Positions 36,595 through 51,363 of a DNA stretch of 63,822 nucleotides are shown in pieces. The notes under the pieces were generated by a model. The model ran no database searches. It saw only the letters and a program-made list of their open reading frames with translations, and had not been told where the DNA came from. The position numbers and the translations under genes are program-made. The first letter of the stretch is position 1; every line of letters begins with the position of its first letter. This DNA is from Azolla caroliniana (taxonomy: Eukaryota; Plantae; Polypodiophyta): NCBI GenBank assembly GCA_043228905.1, contig JBHGNT010000160.1, forward strand, positions 1-63,822. Reading direction: 5' to 3'.

Positions 36595-37245
36595 TGAATG
36601 AGTTATCCCTCGATTGTTTAAAGACAATTATGGAAATCAACAACCAAGAATTATAAAACTAAACCTGATCGATTACACATTGATAGGGTACAATCATCAT
36701 ACCTAGTAAAATGAGTCATGCCTTAATTGTTTGAAGACGGTGCTTTGGATTATCATCTAAGACAACTATTGTACCAAGTAAACGAGTCGTGTCTCGATTG
36801 TTTAAAGACGATTATTTGAATTATCAACGGACACCTATTCAAACTAGTGATGAATTGTGGTCATTTTAGCTAACATGGCAATTGGTGAGTCAAACCACAT
36901 TTCCAATATTCCACATACATTATAGGTAGTAGAATAGTAGTCTAAAAACTACTATGTTAAATATAAATACATGGGTATATATGTTTGCGTTGTTTAAAGA
37001 CGATTAATTGAATTATGAACGGGCAATTATTCAAACTGGTTGTTTAAAGACGATTAATTGAATTATGAACGGGCAACTATTCAAACTGGTATTGCATTGT
37101 AGTCATTTGAACTAACATAGTTGTTGGCTTCTGTAAAGTCAAAACATGTTTCTAGTAATTCACATATGTTTTGGGTAATAGATTGATAGTTTGAAAACTA
37201 CTATGTTATGCTAAAAATACAAACATGTGCATATATGTTTGTGTA
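36595..37245. repeat. Hierarchical local repeat: recurring TTGTTTAAAGACGATT motif, near-perfect 50-bp tandem pair and diverged ~200-bp duplication
   Basis: 50-bp units at 36990 and 37040 differ by 1 nt. 36798-36988 resembles 37040-37241. The motif also recurs near 36614 and 36727. Confidence 0.8.
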
Positions 37246-38684
37246 ACATATAAAACCACATGCATGCAGTAGACACATAGATACATGTATATTCACACAT
37301 TGTGGCGGAAATCGGACTTATAACAGTTATTTTTAAAGAACTCGTTGCAAAGATATTAGTTAGTCAATCATAATTTTGCTACCAAACATCTTGCCAAAAA
37401 GTTTTAGATTACTTTGAAGAAAAAGTTTCAAAAATATCACAACAGTTGCAAATTCTCAAAAGAATCTAATAAAACCATTATTTCAAAGAATTATCTGACA
37501 AACAATTCTTCATTGTAATATCATGACACATGGATGGCCCTCGTTATCGGTTGACGATATTTCACATGTGCAACAATTCAATTGAAGGCCACCCTCACAA
37601 CATTAATAACAGAAATGTATGTATTGGCAATGAAAAACAATCATTGATATCAGTTAGAACTTATAGTACTCACTTTTTAATTCATATTCTACATCAACAC
37701 ATGTAACAGACTTAAGAGGAGTTGAATATGTATGGCAATTCAAAACAAGTATCCTTGTTCTATCGAGGAACACTATAACATTGAAACGGTCTAATGTTGA
37801 AGATTTAACAAGTTTGGTATAAACTATGTTAATAAACACAATACAATGTAAAGGTCATTTAACTAAATCATTTTCTATTTCGTAATCTCAAAACACTTAT
37901 CATTCTCTCAGAACGAGTGTCGATTGCCACATGTGTTGCTTGTCATAGAGAGTTTGAGCCTAAGTTTGGGACATAAAACATGCGAGATAATGATCATGAT
38001 TCGTAACTTGATCTTTTTCTCATTCCAATTCACAAACTTTGAGCTTTACATGATTAGATTTTGTTTCTTGATTGAAGACTACACTAACGTCAAGGCAAGG
38101 CAAAACAAAAATTGGAAAGGTAATGAAATAAAAGCTCTTTAATATACGTTGGATGTTCAGTAGATGTAAAGAAGGAATTAAAAGATACCCCACAAGCTTG
38201 TGGCAAAAAGTGCACATACTAAGGTATTTTCTTGTTACATATGTCTCCTAAAGTTGTTATCTTTTTCACTCTTTATCCAATGACTTTTTTTCTTTTTTGA
38301 AGACAGGGTAGTGTATCTCTAAAAGTGGATGATTAACATAGAAGCATAATAAATTGTCCTATAAAATTGAACTTACTAAGCAATTTTGTTCAAATTGAAA
38401 CTTGATAGTTCATGAATCTAAGTTGTCAATCTTGGGTACTCTTGGCAATGGCAAAACAAATTGTTTGTAACTTCCAATAGGGTCATGGGCATGAATCTAA
38501 TAAGTCATTGGGATACATTGGACACATTCATGAGAGTCCCTCTTAGTCAAGAACACGTAATTTAAATTAGGGCTTCTCTCAAATTTTGGAGTTTAAAATT
38601 TTCGTTATAAAAGTTGGGTGGCAAATACTAATAGCAATACTAATAAGACATAGATTGGCATCCAATATGTGTATCACTACCCGT

Positions 38685-38842
38685 TGGGCAACTTGCATTC
38701 CTTTACACCTCTGACTTTTGTTAGTGCACCCCACAAATACATTTGTGCAACTTGCAATCCTTTACACCTCTCATTTTTACTGCTCTAGTTTGATATATTT
38801 GGGCAACTTGCAACCCTTTACACCTCTCATTTTGTTAATGCT
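38685..38842. repeat. ~57-60-bp tandem repeat, 3 copies
   Basis: GCAACTTGCA..CCTTTACACCTCT..TTTT at ~38688, 38747 and 38803. Confidence 0.85.
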
Positions 38843-41800
38843 ACCAGCCTACACGTAATTGTTTTTTTCACCCTATGGCAATCACTAGTTGGAACTTGGA
38901 TGTAGATAATTCATATGCGTCCATGGAGTAAAAAGAATACTTTTATGAAATTTTGGCATCAAGACTCGTCATTGGGATCCTTAAAAAATCTCATTGTAAT
39001 CACCCTATCAAGTTTTAGCTTTGGCAAAGTTTGACATGTGTAATATTCATCGACACAATAAATGAATGATTTTATAATGTTTTCACATGTAGTTTCCTAT
39101 TTGCATTGAAATGTGGAGACATCAAATTACAAGCAATGCATATATAACGAAAGATGTAGTACTTTTGATACACTTTTTGATATGTATGTAAGATATATAA
39201 TGTGTTCCATCACATCAATACACAAATGAATAAACCAAGCAACGTATTTATAGTATTTTCTTTGCTAAACATGTTACCGTTGGATGCCAAACATTGTTTA
39301 ATTAGAAGCACGTGACTATATTTGATATCTCAATTAAAAGCTATTCATTATGATGTAAATCTGTGAAACATCAATAATGGAAATCTATGCCTCGTTGATA
39401 GCATATAGGCATTTGTAAATATGCCCAATCAAGCATCTCTTTTTAATTCTATTTGAAAACTTACATCTAGAATTAAATGATCTTACATATGGAATTTCAT
39501 CTCAAAAAATTGGTGAATTTGATGTAAACAAATCATCTTACAAACACTTAGTAGAAACACTTAAGTGTAAAGTTTATTCCAAAATAAATTCCCATAGTCA
39601 AACTTAAAAGCACACTCCACAAAAACGCTTCGGAACAACTACAATAAGCCTTGTTGTTCCATGATGATTTTGGGATTGTCCACATGAACAAATATTTGTC
39701 AAGGATTTTCGTCTCAAGGAACCCATATAAACAGTTAATTGACCAAATTCTATGCTCAAAATCTTCTACAACTCAAAAGTTTGTGTTTTCCTCCTACAAG
39801 TTCACAAGCAACCATTTCAAATGAACAATAAGAACATCCACAACTTCATAAGGCGAATTTTGAGATTAGTGATGTAGATATCTTGGAGGTTTTAGATATA
39901 GGAAATCCTATCTAATTATTAGATCATCAAATAACTTTAAGTACATTTCACCTTTGTGTAGTCAAGAAATCACATATTTTCTTACACGATAAGATTCCAA
40001 TAATAAGGGATTGTTCAAGTTTCTTTCAAGAAATCACAATAACGATATTAACAAAGAAAGAAGGTTACATGAAATGTTGATTGACTCAAAAGTAGTGTGT
40101 CTAAGAGTAGTTGGAATAATTAGAGACCACATAGTCCCCAACCAATTGGCTATTATGTCCGAAGCAAGCATATTGTCCTTAAAAATCACACCTTGTAATC
40201 GCATTGGCCCCTAGGTAGCACTAAGGATTTTTTGTGATGACCTCTATTTGTTTTGATATTTTTTTCATGTGATAGTTAACAATGTATAATAGCATTCTTC
40301 TGTTTTGGTGTTGGATTTCTATTTGTTTTCATGTGTACAAGCGTGGTATATTTGGTGTGCCCCCTTTGTAGTAATAACTATAGTCTATACCTATCATTTT
40401 ATATGACATTATGACAGATGGTCACGAATTTCAACGCATAACTTATGTGAAGCCAATTTCAATAGCACAATTTGTCATCCTTGCACATATCCAACTTTAG
40501 GAGGTTGGAGTGAACATATCATGCTTGTTGCCGCATTACACTATTTGTAAAGTTCTTATCAATATAGCACAATATATCGATCTATCTATCTATCTATATA
40601 TCATTGTCTTCATCCCATTTCTATAGCATAAGAGAGTGATATACTACATAGTTTTTTTGCCCTAAACAACTTCTTGCAACCCTAATACCATCACTTTCAT
40701 ATGAGTTATGCTACATGAAATAACAATATTAGAAGCAATCATAAAAAATAAAATATTGACATCTTGATTTGTTCTATTGTAGACATGCATGTCATCATAG
40801 GAACCGTTAGAGTATAATTAATTAATTAAACAAACATAAGGATTTATAGGCTAAAGAAAGAAAAGAGGATGTCAAACCACCTGACCAACCCCTAGCAATG
40901 ACTGAGACAAACCTAAACCTCCTCGATGTCCCATACCATTGAGGTTTGATGTGAGTCATACCTTGGGTTTTGTGAGGATCGCATGTGCTTAACTAACAAA
41001 AGCCATAGCCACACTGTTATAGTCTTAACATAGGTTAAGCCTCCCCCATAAGAAGATAGCTAGCCTTTTGATATAGGCAAAACCTTGAAGCCCTAGTGTG
41101 TTCACACTTGACTACTTTATATGAAGTGGTCAAGTGATAACTTAATTGTTATCCCGCACCGTATAATTGAATTCCTAACCTCGTTCATTTAAAAAATAAC
41201 CCACGTTTACTCATAATAAGATCAAGGAAACTATGAAAAACCTATCTCATGAACAATTATGGTTATGCACATAACAGAAACTGGTTTAAGATTAGTGTGA
41301 TTATGAATTAATCTACTAGAGGAGACTGGCAAGGCTCTTTAGTATAAGTTGATAAAGTTGAAGGTATCATAATGCATTGTTATAAACAAATATATGGCTT
41401 GTATTTTTGCCCAAAACTAAAATAGAGAGAAATCTTACTCGCAAAAACAATGTATAAAAGGCAACATATGTTATGAACACTTGTTGGTGGATGTAAAATC
41501 GTGCTCCTCTTAACGATTCTTCGTTTATTTGTCATGGCAAATATTTGTGTGCTAAATGAACAAAGGTAGCTTTCCATAACGGTTGCTTGAAAACTTGAAC
41601 TTTTATTTACTCTACCTACATGTGTCTTTACCGTAGGAATAATGTTCACTCTTTTTAAGGAGGCAACTCTTTTAAAGTATGATTTTGAAAAGTAAAGGCA
41701 ATGACGAGGAATCACCTTCAACTTAAGGTTTGAGGCCAATATTAAATATAGACTACAATGGCAGCATTTCCTAGGTTATACTACGGATATGATATATGCT

Positions 41801-42599
41801 AACATCAATCCCTTATAATGGGGCTATTGAAGTTATATGTAGCCTCCTACAATTGCTCTTTTATCGAGGTACGTATAGAAGCTGACTTTTAGTTAGTGAA
41901 GTATTGAATAATGGGTCTATTTGATGTATATCATAACCACAAAGTTTGGCACTACATCTTTTGAATGATGTCGATCTTTGAGTAGTTAAAAAGCATGAAC
42001 TACGAAAAAGAGATCCATACAAAATAAGTGGCAAACAAGGATCATGGAACAAGCTTTGTGTAAAATCTATTTTAAATATATCGCTTGAATTTAAGAGTGT
42101 CTATTGTGTCCTTATAGTTTGCTGGAGAACTTCTACCTCTTCCTATATCCACTAGTGTATAATTTTTATTGTTCTTTGTAGCTAATCCAAAACATTGAAA
42201 CAAAAAACTGTTTGATGGAAAATGGCACCAATTTTAAATCTTCAATCTCCCTTTTCCAAGGCTCTTTATAATGTTTCCATGTAAAGAAAATGGTTGGTTT
42301 CCCTACTTTCGAGGTAGTTTCTTTCTTGACAAAGAAAAAGTCTTCTATGGAGTAGGGAAATGGGTTTTCAAAAGATATTTTAGTATCCAAAAGGCAAGTA
42401 CATATAAGTGATAATCAAATTGTTCACTTGTTACCAATTGTGACCCTCACACATGTGTTACAATATTGCTCATCCGTGGATCCTACAAGATGGATTTGGC
42501 ACTAAAACGAGTACAATTCCCCAAATGAAGAGCTAATTTGTGAACCTTGTGGAACCAATTATCAACACAACAAATGATAGAGATGTCTTCACACAAAGT

Positions 42600-42860
42600 C
42601 TTGGTACCTATTTGTGAAAGTTATGATGATATATTAAGGGGGGGGGGGGGGTGTCATGACTTGAGTGTCACACTAAAGAGACAAGCTAAAAGGCTGAGGT
42701 CATATGTGTATGCCTTATTCACACATCAAGACTTGGTGCTTCAAAGTACGAATATCCCTTATTAGGAAAGAGACACACATCAAGATAGCTTTTGTACTTA
42801 GGTCCCATGGGTCAATATTGGCCTCTCTATGGACGCTAAACAATTTATCTATCTACCTAC
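42600..42860 (+). mobile_element. 3' end of a LINE (RTE-X-like), same family as 63082-63822
   Basis: YDDILRG..DLSVTLKRQAKRLRSYVYALFTHQDLVLQSTNIPY* matches ADILRGSDNLSAILKTQSRRLSSYVYALVTHRDFVLQFINTPF*. The 3'UTRs align, and this copy ends in an (ATCT)n-like tail. Confidence 0.8.
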
Positions 42861-43762
42861 TTTGGTTGAAGAGAGAAAATGCATCCATCTCATGTGATTT
42901 CAAAGTCATTCAATATCACTACAAGGGTCTCTTGAAGGATATTTCAAAGTTCGCGATGACTGCATGGATGGTTTCAGATGCCTTTCAACTAAGTACACAC
43001 CATCCTTAATTGCAATGCAATATATGGCTTTACACCATTCACTTCTTTAAACTTTTGGTTGACGCAAGCTCACTAACTCACCTACATCCCCCCTATGCAT
43101 GCATGGGCTCCCAAATCCAACTCTCAAGATATTTCAAGGGCTTAGTCTTTGATATCGTACTACTTACTAATGTCGTTGCGCTCATGAGGCTCATGATTTA
43201 TGGTTTCACTACACAGTGCACATCACGGGCATGTGCAGTTTGGTAAAAGGGATGTCAATGTGGTCAATGAGTTGCGTGAAAAACATGTGTATGGCTAAGC
43301 CACACAGTGAATGTACTTCTTGTTAACTATAGCCATATTCTTCTCGGAGACCTATGTGCGTACTTTTTTATGGTGGTACTCCAGGCCTACAAACAATGGG
43401 TATGCGAGGTCCCAAAAAGAGGCAAATGGCCTTGTAGGACAAGCACACACTTAGTTCAAAAAAGAAGGATAGGCATGTCTGAACAAGAAGCCATGGTGGT
43501 GGATAGGCATGACAAGCGGCATCTCGACCAAGAGTGCAAGTGTACTATTTGCCGTGATTCACGTGATGTGGGTCTAATGATTACTTAGAACTCGAGAGTC
43601 GAGAGTCGAGAACGTATCAGATAGAGGGAAGAAGAATAATGGCAGGAACTTTGTACACAGCTTTATGCTATTGGTCGTAGCTTGTAGGTGATTTTCCTCA
43701 TAATTTCGTGCACATGGCAGACAGGATCGGGTGGATCTCGGAAGGAGGGGCATTTCGAGATG

Positions 43763-43764
<2 letters not shown>

Positions 43765-43802
<38 letters not shown>

Positions 43803-44131
43803 CTAAAAATTTGGACTCTACTCTTCTCTTCCCTACCCTTTGGGAGCTCTTTTTTCCCGCATCTTTTTTTTTCTTCTTCTTCTTGTGTTCAAATTCTTTA
43901 CACACAAAACTACAAGCCCATATATGTAATAAATCAATACTTTGGAGATAAGAGTAAAAAACAACTAATAATGAAAAAAGTGGCCTCTCTCTCTCTCTCT
44001 CTCTCTCTCGACTTTACTCTGTTTTTTGTATTCCTTTCACTTTTGCTCTGTTCCTTGGTCCCTCTCTCTCTCTCTCTCTCTCTCGACTTTACTCTGTTTT
44101 TTGTATTCCTTTCACTTTTGCTCTGTTCCTT

Positions 44132-44170
<39 letters not shown>

Positions 44171-44281
44171 GTGTTCAGTGTTGGCCACTTCTCTTTCTCT
44201 TTCACCCGCTTCTTCCATCAAAAAGGTGCATTTCTTAATCTCCTTCCTCTCTTGCTTGATCCATGTCTTGCTCCAATACAC

Positions 44282-44316
<35 letters not shown>

Positions 44317-44697
44317 AGTGAGTGTGAGAGAGATGGTATAGTAATACAGCATGTGCCCCTAGAGAGAGAATGCTATGTGGATACCTTGACCCCATATCCT
44401 ATAGGTAAAGAGTGAGGCTATGTATACTGTCTTTGTACGCATTCTATATGTGATTGTGTTTGAACAGAGCATGATATTTATGAGAGAGCGGGGCTATACA
44501 TACAGTATGTGGATGTGGATGTGAATGTGTGTGTATATGTATATGGGTGAGAGATAGAATGCATGTGCATACTGACATTGTACAGAGTATGGCATGTGGA
44601 TGAGAGAGTATTAGTGGATGATGACAATGTACTTGTAGAGGCATGTGTGAGTGTGCTAGAGAGGGAATGTAAGAATATAGGGGTTGGATGGATGTGT

Positions 44698-44741
<44 letters not shown>
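43765..44741. promoter_or_regulatory. GA/TC-repeat-rich promoter/5'UTR of the IQD gene, with a 75-bp tandem duplication (43986-44160) and probable 5'UTR intron 44314-45214
   Basis: At least six (GA)n/(TC)n tracts. Duplicated unit (CT)n-CGACTTTACTCTGTTTTTTGTATTCCTTTCACTTTTGCTCTGTTCCTTGGTC. GTAAGT donor at 44314 and TTGCAG acceptor at 45214. A GAGA/BPC-site role is inference. Confidence 0.55.
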
Positions 44742-44745
<4 letters not shown>

Positions 44746-45276
44746 CATCATTGTGTATGTGAGATAATGCAGGAGTTTTGCATGAAAAGCGTCAGAAAAT
44801 GAGAGATTGTTGTATGCATGTAATGGGAGGAGAAAGAGGGAAAGAAGAATGGTGTCTTTGTATTGGAGAATGTTTGTATGGGAGAGAGAGGACATCATGG
44901 GTGTAAGGGATGTGTGTATATGTGATCAAATGTCTGTGTATGCATGTGTATGTACACTAAGTAGATAAATGTATGAAACTGTATGTATGTATGTATGTAT
45001 GAGAGAGACAAGAGGAAAGAGATGCCAACACTGATCAGTATGTGGGTGTGGTGTGTATGTGAAAGAGAGAGTGAGAATGAGTGAGATCTGTCAGTATATG
45101 CATGCCATGTTTTTTGAGAGTGTATGTAGAGAATCCATGCTTTATTAGGGGTGCGTTAAGTTGAGGCAAAAAATGAAGCTAATCCTGTGAGGATCATATA
45201 CACTTATATTGCAGGCTAATTAATTGAACGCGTTTTTGACACTGTTAGTTAAAAGCTATCTAGTTTAGTTGCAAAG

Positions 45277-46138
45277 ATGGGGAAGACAGGCAAAATGTTC
45301 AAAATCATTGCCAGTGGTTTCAAATCTCCATCCAAGGAGAATCTGTCTAAGGAGAAAACCACATCACTTTCAAGCAAGAAAACTGACAAAGAACAATTGG
45401 TGAGAGCTTTTGGTGATTTCTTTTTTTGGGGGGCTGTAAAGATCTTCTACTTCTTCTGTGATTTTTTTCACACTGAGCTCCCATGGTTTCTTCTGCATGT
45501 GTTGTTAATATATTTTATTTCTATGTTTTTCTAGAAGAAAGGAGGTAAGGACAAATGCATATGGAGCTTGGGCAAATCATTATCTCGGAATCGAGACATA
45601 GAAACGACTGCAACAACTCCAGTTGACATTGTAGAGATAAAAACAATACAATCCCAAAATGCCAAAAGTGAGGTGGTTACTCAAGCATTTACAACAAATT
45701 CTGATCATGAAGTGAAGGGGTTTTTGAATGATAACAGAGTAGATGTAGATTTAGACATCTCTGGCTCTGGCTATGAGTCGAAGGGGCTTTCACTTAAGGA
45801 ATGTATCAAAGAATCTTCCAAAGAAGACTGGGCTGCTGCTAAGATACAAGCTACCCTTCGATGTTACTTGGTAAGGAGTTTTCTGCACAAAGGGCTCAAA
45901 AACCCATTCAAAATTTATGCACCCACTTACCCCACTAATGCATGTAATGTGCTGTATGCAAATACGTGATACATTGAAGATTGATCTGTAACCAAGATGA
46001 AGGGGAAGATGAAGATTATAATTTGAAGGAGGAGAGGGGTCTTTATCTTTGAAGTGTTGATAAAGTTTTGTGTTTTCTGCTATGGATCTGTTGTATCTAT
46101 GCTAGAGAGGCTGGGATCTAGCATTATATATACATACA

Positions 46139-46169
<31 letters not shown>

Positions 46170-48175
46170 GTATTGCAACTGAAAAGATTTTTTAATGAAT
46201 TTGGTTAGATCTAGGTTTGCTTTAATCATTATGTTTTCAATCTTGGTGGAGTTCATGAAAGACTCAAAACTGTGTTTGTTTCTTTGATATTGTAGGCACG
46301 GCGTGCATTCCGAGCACTAAAAGCTTTGGTAAGACTCCAAGCATTGGTCCGAGGATGGATCGTTAGAAAGAAGGCATCTGTGTCGCTGCGATTCATACAA
46401 GCATTAGTCAGACTTCAGGCTCTTGCACGGGGCCGTCGGGTTCGATCCTCTGAACTTGGTCAACTAGTTCAAAAGCATTTGCAACAGGCAAAACAACAAA
46501 AGAGGAAGCCAGTGGTGAGAAAAATGAGAGAGCTGCTCGGAAAATAATGTCATTAAAAACCCAAGACTCTGAGACTAATAAATTTCACGAAAACAAAACC
46601 GTAACATTTGAGTGTGTATATCTATTGCAGGAGGGTTGGGTAAGTAGCATTTCCACTGCCCAGCAATTGCAAGCAAAAGCACAGAGTAAGCAAGATGCGA
46701 TTATGAAGCGACAACGAGCCATGGTGTATACGTTCTCTGAACAGGTAAACTCTTATTGAAGGGACATGGTACATCTATTTATTGCTATAATACACATGCA
46801 TATACTTATTAATCATATACATATATGTTTAAGTAAATGTATATTTAGTTCGATTCCTCTGATCTTGCAGCTTAATCGATCCACGCAAAAGCCAAATATT
46901 TGTTCAGTAGTTGATAGTCGAATCGACAAAAGCTTATGGATTTGGGTTTGGTTAGAACGATGGGATTCAGTTCATCCATGGGGTTCTCTACTTGGCCCAG
47001 TTAGGGAACAACGGGGCTCAGCAATAACAAAGATCGAGAAAGTGAAAGCGAGAAAGGAATCCTTTGCCGAGCCACAAACCGAAGATGAAATATATACAAG
47101 TTCTGCTGCCGAAAGCATTTTGCCAGCGGTACTGATAAAAGCCGAAAAGCCAAAAGCCAAAAAGGAACCCGTTGTGGAAAAGCAAGACGAGATATCTACA
47201 AGCAGAGCCATGTCTCATGAACTTAAAGATGAACACGAGGGAATGGAGGAAGACGAGAAACTGGTTGAAGAATTAGAGAAGCAATTCGACTCCATATTAA
47301 TGAACGAAAATGATATCAATGGCAGCACCACTACTACTATTCAGCCCATCACTGGAATCACCCCATCCGTTGATGTCACGACTAGTATAAAGGCACCGGA
47401 ACAATCACAATGTGACTCGCCTATCGCAGCATCAAGCCCAACATTCTCGTTAAGCTCGCCTTTACAATATTTGGGCACGCAAGAAGGAAGTCCAGAAGAG
47501 CCACACCCTCTTCATCTTCTTGCCGAGGAGGACGAAATTCGGAGTGAGAAACATGCTTCAAACACAGATGTAGGTGGATGTGCACAAGTCGTGGAGCCAT
47601 TACCAAATGATGGTGGTGAGGACTATAATGTAGTACATGGAAGGAACAATGGTGAACTTGTATTACATGAAGGTGATGGTGGTATCTCTGAAGAGATTGT
47701 AAAGTGTGACATTGTGTCAGTAGCGTCGGCAGATATGAACCCAACCGGGACAGCTGCAGATGATGAAGTTTCGAGCAAGATGAGGGATTTCACATGCCCT
47801 CCTCCGGTAGAGCCGGCCACAGGGTCTAGTCCATCTGTTCCAAACTATATGACAGCCACTAAGTCCGCGAAAGCCAAGGTACGTCCCCACAGTAGCCCAA
47901 AGCCAACCAAAGAGTCACCCAAGCAAAAGTTCGATTCGTCACCGAAGCCGAAGAAGAAACCGTCGCCTGCGGCTTCGGAGTCTCCGAACTCACTTACGAA
48001 AAGACGTGATTCCCTCTCTTCGATTGAAGGGAAAAGCTCTCCCGGGATGCTTCGGTCGATTGTTCACGTGCGAGCATCTAGCAAGGGAGCTCATTTGGGC
48101 TCAGCTAGGGAATTGAATGTCGACCACTCTCCAGCACTGTCTTCAAATGGACATTCCCGCCGTCACGACAAATAA
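45277..48175 (+). CDS. IQD: IQ67-domain (IQD) calmodulin-binding, microtubule-associated protein (~698 aa, 5 exons)
   Basis: [12 protein letters not shown]-terminus. IQ67 domain [16 protein letters not shown]|[36 protein letters not shown] with the family's phase-0 intron. [24 protein letters not shown], and DUF4005 [15 protein letters not shown]. Exons 45277-45399, 45535-45870, 46296-46514, 46631-46744, 46871-48175. Confidence 0.93.
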
Positions 48176-49494
48176 GTGGTTTTTTTCACTTTGGTTTTTT
48201 TTTTCCACTTATTTACCTTAGCTTCCTTCACATGATCATCTAACACAAAGACTGTATGGATTCATTTGACATGCATGAGCTTTCTTTGAGATTTGTTTTC
48301 TCTTCTTTCTTTCTTTTTTATAATGTTTGCAATTTTTTTGTATTGTAAAGAAACCTTTTGACACAAGATATATAACATAGACAATTGGGAAGTCTCCCTC
48401 TTACCATATTATAGCTTCATACTTCCATCATCCTATCCACCATATAAATAAATCATGACTTGATGGAAAGTAATAAATTTCCACTGCTCTCTCGATTAGT
48501 GAAACATTTTTTGTAGTGAATAGTTGGATGGAAAAGTAAGAACCTTACAATGATTGAAAGCATTCATTGTGAGGGGCACACATTGAATGTCATTCGAGTA
48601 AAAACTATGTCACATTATTCTGTGGATCTACTGTTCATGGTTAAAAAGCACATTCAATGAATGATCCTTCATATTAGTGGTTACTTGTCTTCTTATGGTT
48701 GCACATGCACAATGCACATACATTATTACATACATACATTATACATACATATATACATACATCAACCTCTCATTACCACACAGACATTTATCACTCATGT
48801 TATCAACAAGTTTGAAAAAAGGATTGTCGTATTGTCATGAGTATTGTCGTAAGTCTTGTTCTTGATGTAAAAGAAGCCCTTCCCACACAAGTTTCAAAGT
48901 GCATGAGTGTTTTATTAGATGGGATCACCTTTCACACGCGCGATATATATGAAAAAATGATGTAGTTTTCAAGCCATTATTATTGTTGTTACAACTTTCA
49001 CAGCTATTGAGGACAATAATGTCAATACTCAGTTCCTATCCTCATTACTGTGTGATTATTCTTGTCGAGAGGGTTTCACTTGATGTGAAGATGAGTGTTG
49101 ACACAAGTCACCAATCACCACATATACTATGAAATATGTTTTATTATCATGGTTATTTTTGAAGTTTTACTTTTATACATTAATTTCTCTTTCTCAATCT
49201 CTTTTATTTTGTTTACATTTACGTGTGGAATGTATGGATAAATGTTATTGTAAAATGGTTAGAATTTTCGGGTTCTTGAATGAAAGTGTGTGCATTTCCT
49301 TGGAACACATTCCTTGTACAACCTATGTACACTTTAGGTATTGAGTACGTGATAGAACTTGGGAAATTGAGTGAATTAGCCTTTGCCCCAATGTTGTTGG
49401 CCATGGATTCTTGATAAGATTTAAAACTATATATAGTGGTCAAGCTTAGTAAGGTAACACCATTTACATTATGGGACCAATGAATGGAAACAAG

Positions 49495-49941
49495 TAGCAA
49501 TCAAGAACGGTTTGGTTCAGTTTGAGATTGTCAAACTCAAACCGTTTTAAAAAAGTGAGACTTAAACCTAACCACAAACCAAATGGTTTTAGAGATTCTC
49601 AAATTGTTAAACCATTAAAACCGTAGTTTCATGGTTCGGTTTCAATTTTTAAGTTATGTCATCAATAATCAATTTTAAAATGTGCAATAATTCAAAATTT
49701 GATTGATCTATAAAATATCATAATTAGGCTCTAGACTAAAAAGGCTATTAAAAACATAATTTTAAAAATAAATTAATAATCAAGTGGCAACTCTAAACTG
49801 TTTAAAACAAAAATTGTTAAGCCAATAAAGGTTTGAACAAAATTGGACCGAGTTGTTGACCCCCCAAACTGAACTGTTTAAACCATTAAGCCATGATTTC
49901 ATAGTTCGGATTGGTTCAAACCGAACCATTGCGGATTGCTA
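49495..49941. mobile_element. 447-bp non-autonomous hAT-type DNA transposon (MITE)
   Basis: Terminal inverted repeats TAGCAATC.. / ..GATTGCTA, perfect 8-bp TSD GAAACAAG (49487-49494 and 49942-49949), and multiple subterminal GGTTCGGTT/AAACCGAACC motifs. Confidence 0.9.
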
Positions 49942-51363
49942 GAAACAAGTTCATGTCAATTCCATGATGGTGGGAGGGATGCGATTGACACAACCATGGG
50001 TAGGCACACCCTAATGAAGGAAAAAAAGTTTGATTGATCTATTGGTGAATGGATATGTCCAAGACATTCTTTGCGAAACATGATTGCAACATTACGAAAA
50101 TGTTGGCTAGTCATTTAGGGAAATTCGAAATGTTCAAAAAGGGGGAAAATTCTAATATGAGACTGGCACAAGGTGGTGTGTTGGTGGCTTGAACGTTGTA
50201 CATTGCTGAAACTTGATGAAGTTGATGCCACCACATAAAATCCAGATGTAGCTCGTAGAATTGACTAGTTTATGGAGACCTTGAATCACATTTTTATTCG
50301 AGGTTTTGAGGCATTTATACACTAAAACAAAAGCTTCATTATACTCACGTTTTTATTATCAAAGAACAATCAATCTAATAAGAGCCATGTGAAAGATGGA
50401 AGGCCTAAGGCTAAAGTCAAATTTATGATTTAATATTGATTAGTGTGTTGCGTAATAATGAACTATTTTTTCCCTTGATAGATAGGGTAAAGGGGTGAGA
50501 CTTCTAGGTTTAAACTTCAAATCCTCATACATAATATATAACAATAGCTTTTTAATAACTTTGCTTATTTATTGTTGCACCATTTACATAAATGATTGTG
50601 GATTCTCTATTTTGAAGGCCCCATGAAATGCTTCATCTCTTGTATTATTGTGCTTGAGAAGTCTTAACTCAAGTTTCAAATGCTACCCAAGTGTGGCTCT
50701 TATTTGTTTGTGTAAAAGGTCTCTCATTCTCCTCTTAGTTGTAATGTGTGGCTCCAAGCCAAGTTTTTCATCTCTTTCCAAGGTGATCCCTTTAAGGGAG
50801 CTCATTAGAGTTTAGTGTACTCGGTTTGGGCTTGTTGTGATGCATGTCATATGCCCTCTATTGTTTGAATGGTTGTGGGAGTATCATATAAATCCAGAAT
50901 GAATGCATTAGTCTCTTTCAAGAGTCAAAACATGATGACAAACTTATTAGAATACTACAATTTTCCAAGAATTATGCATGTCTTATACTTAGTAGCATGA
51001 GCAAATTAAAAAATTGATCCACTTTATATCTATAACAAATGCAATATCCTCCTTACCATCAAAATACGATTACATGCTTTTTTCATGAAAATGTGCAATA
51101 AATATTTGAAGAGAAAGAGAAAGGTGTTACATGGATGTAGTGAATTTCTTTAGGAAAAAGCTAACCATTGACAAGGTAATTACATGTACAAGAAACTTAG
51201 ATGAAATGATGCTCTATCTGTCATGTAACCTAATTATGTGATTGTTCTAGAATCCATATAGGATATTTTCATGCCCTTACATAATTGTAATTTGTAGTTG
51301 TTCAGGCTGCTGCTAATATTTTCGTGTCCTGTTAATAGCCTTGAAGGAGAATAACAATGTATT

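Noticed and set aside
40860-41010. Possible tRNA-derived SINE on the minus strand
   Set aside because: A/B-box resemblance is too degenerate, there is no cloverleaf or TSD, and I see no second copy.
43764-44395. 185-aa and 153-aa ORFs (RERERE / SLSLSL)
   Set aside because: Translations of GA/TC microsatellites and the 75-bp duplication.
50785-50805. AAGGGAGCTC resembling the miR159/319 3' half
   Set aside because: Only a 10-nt match, the 5' half mismatches, and there is no hairpin partner.
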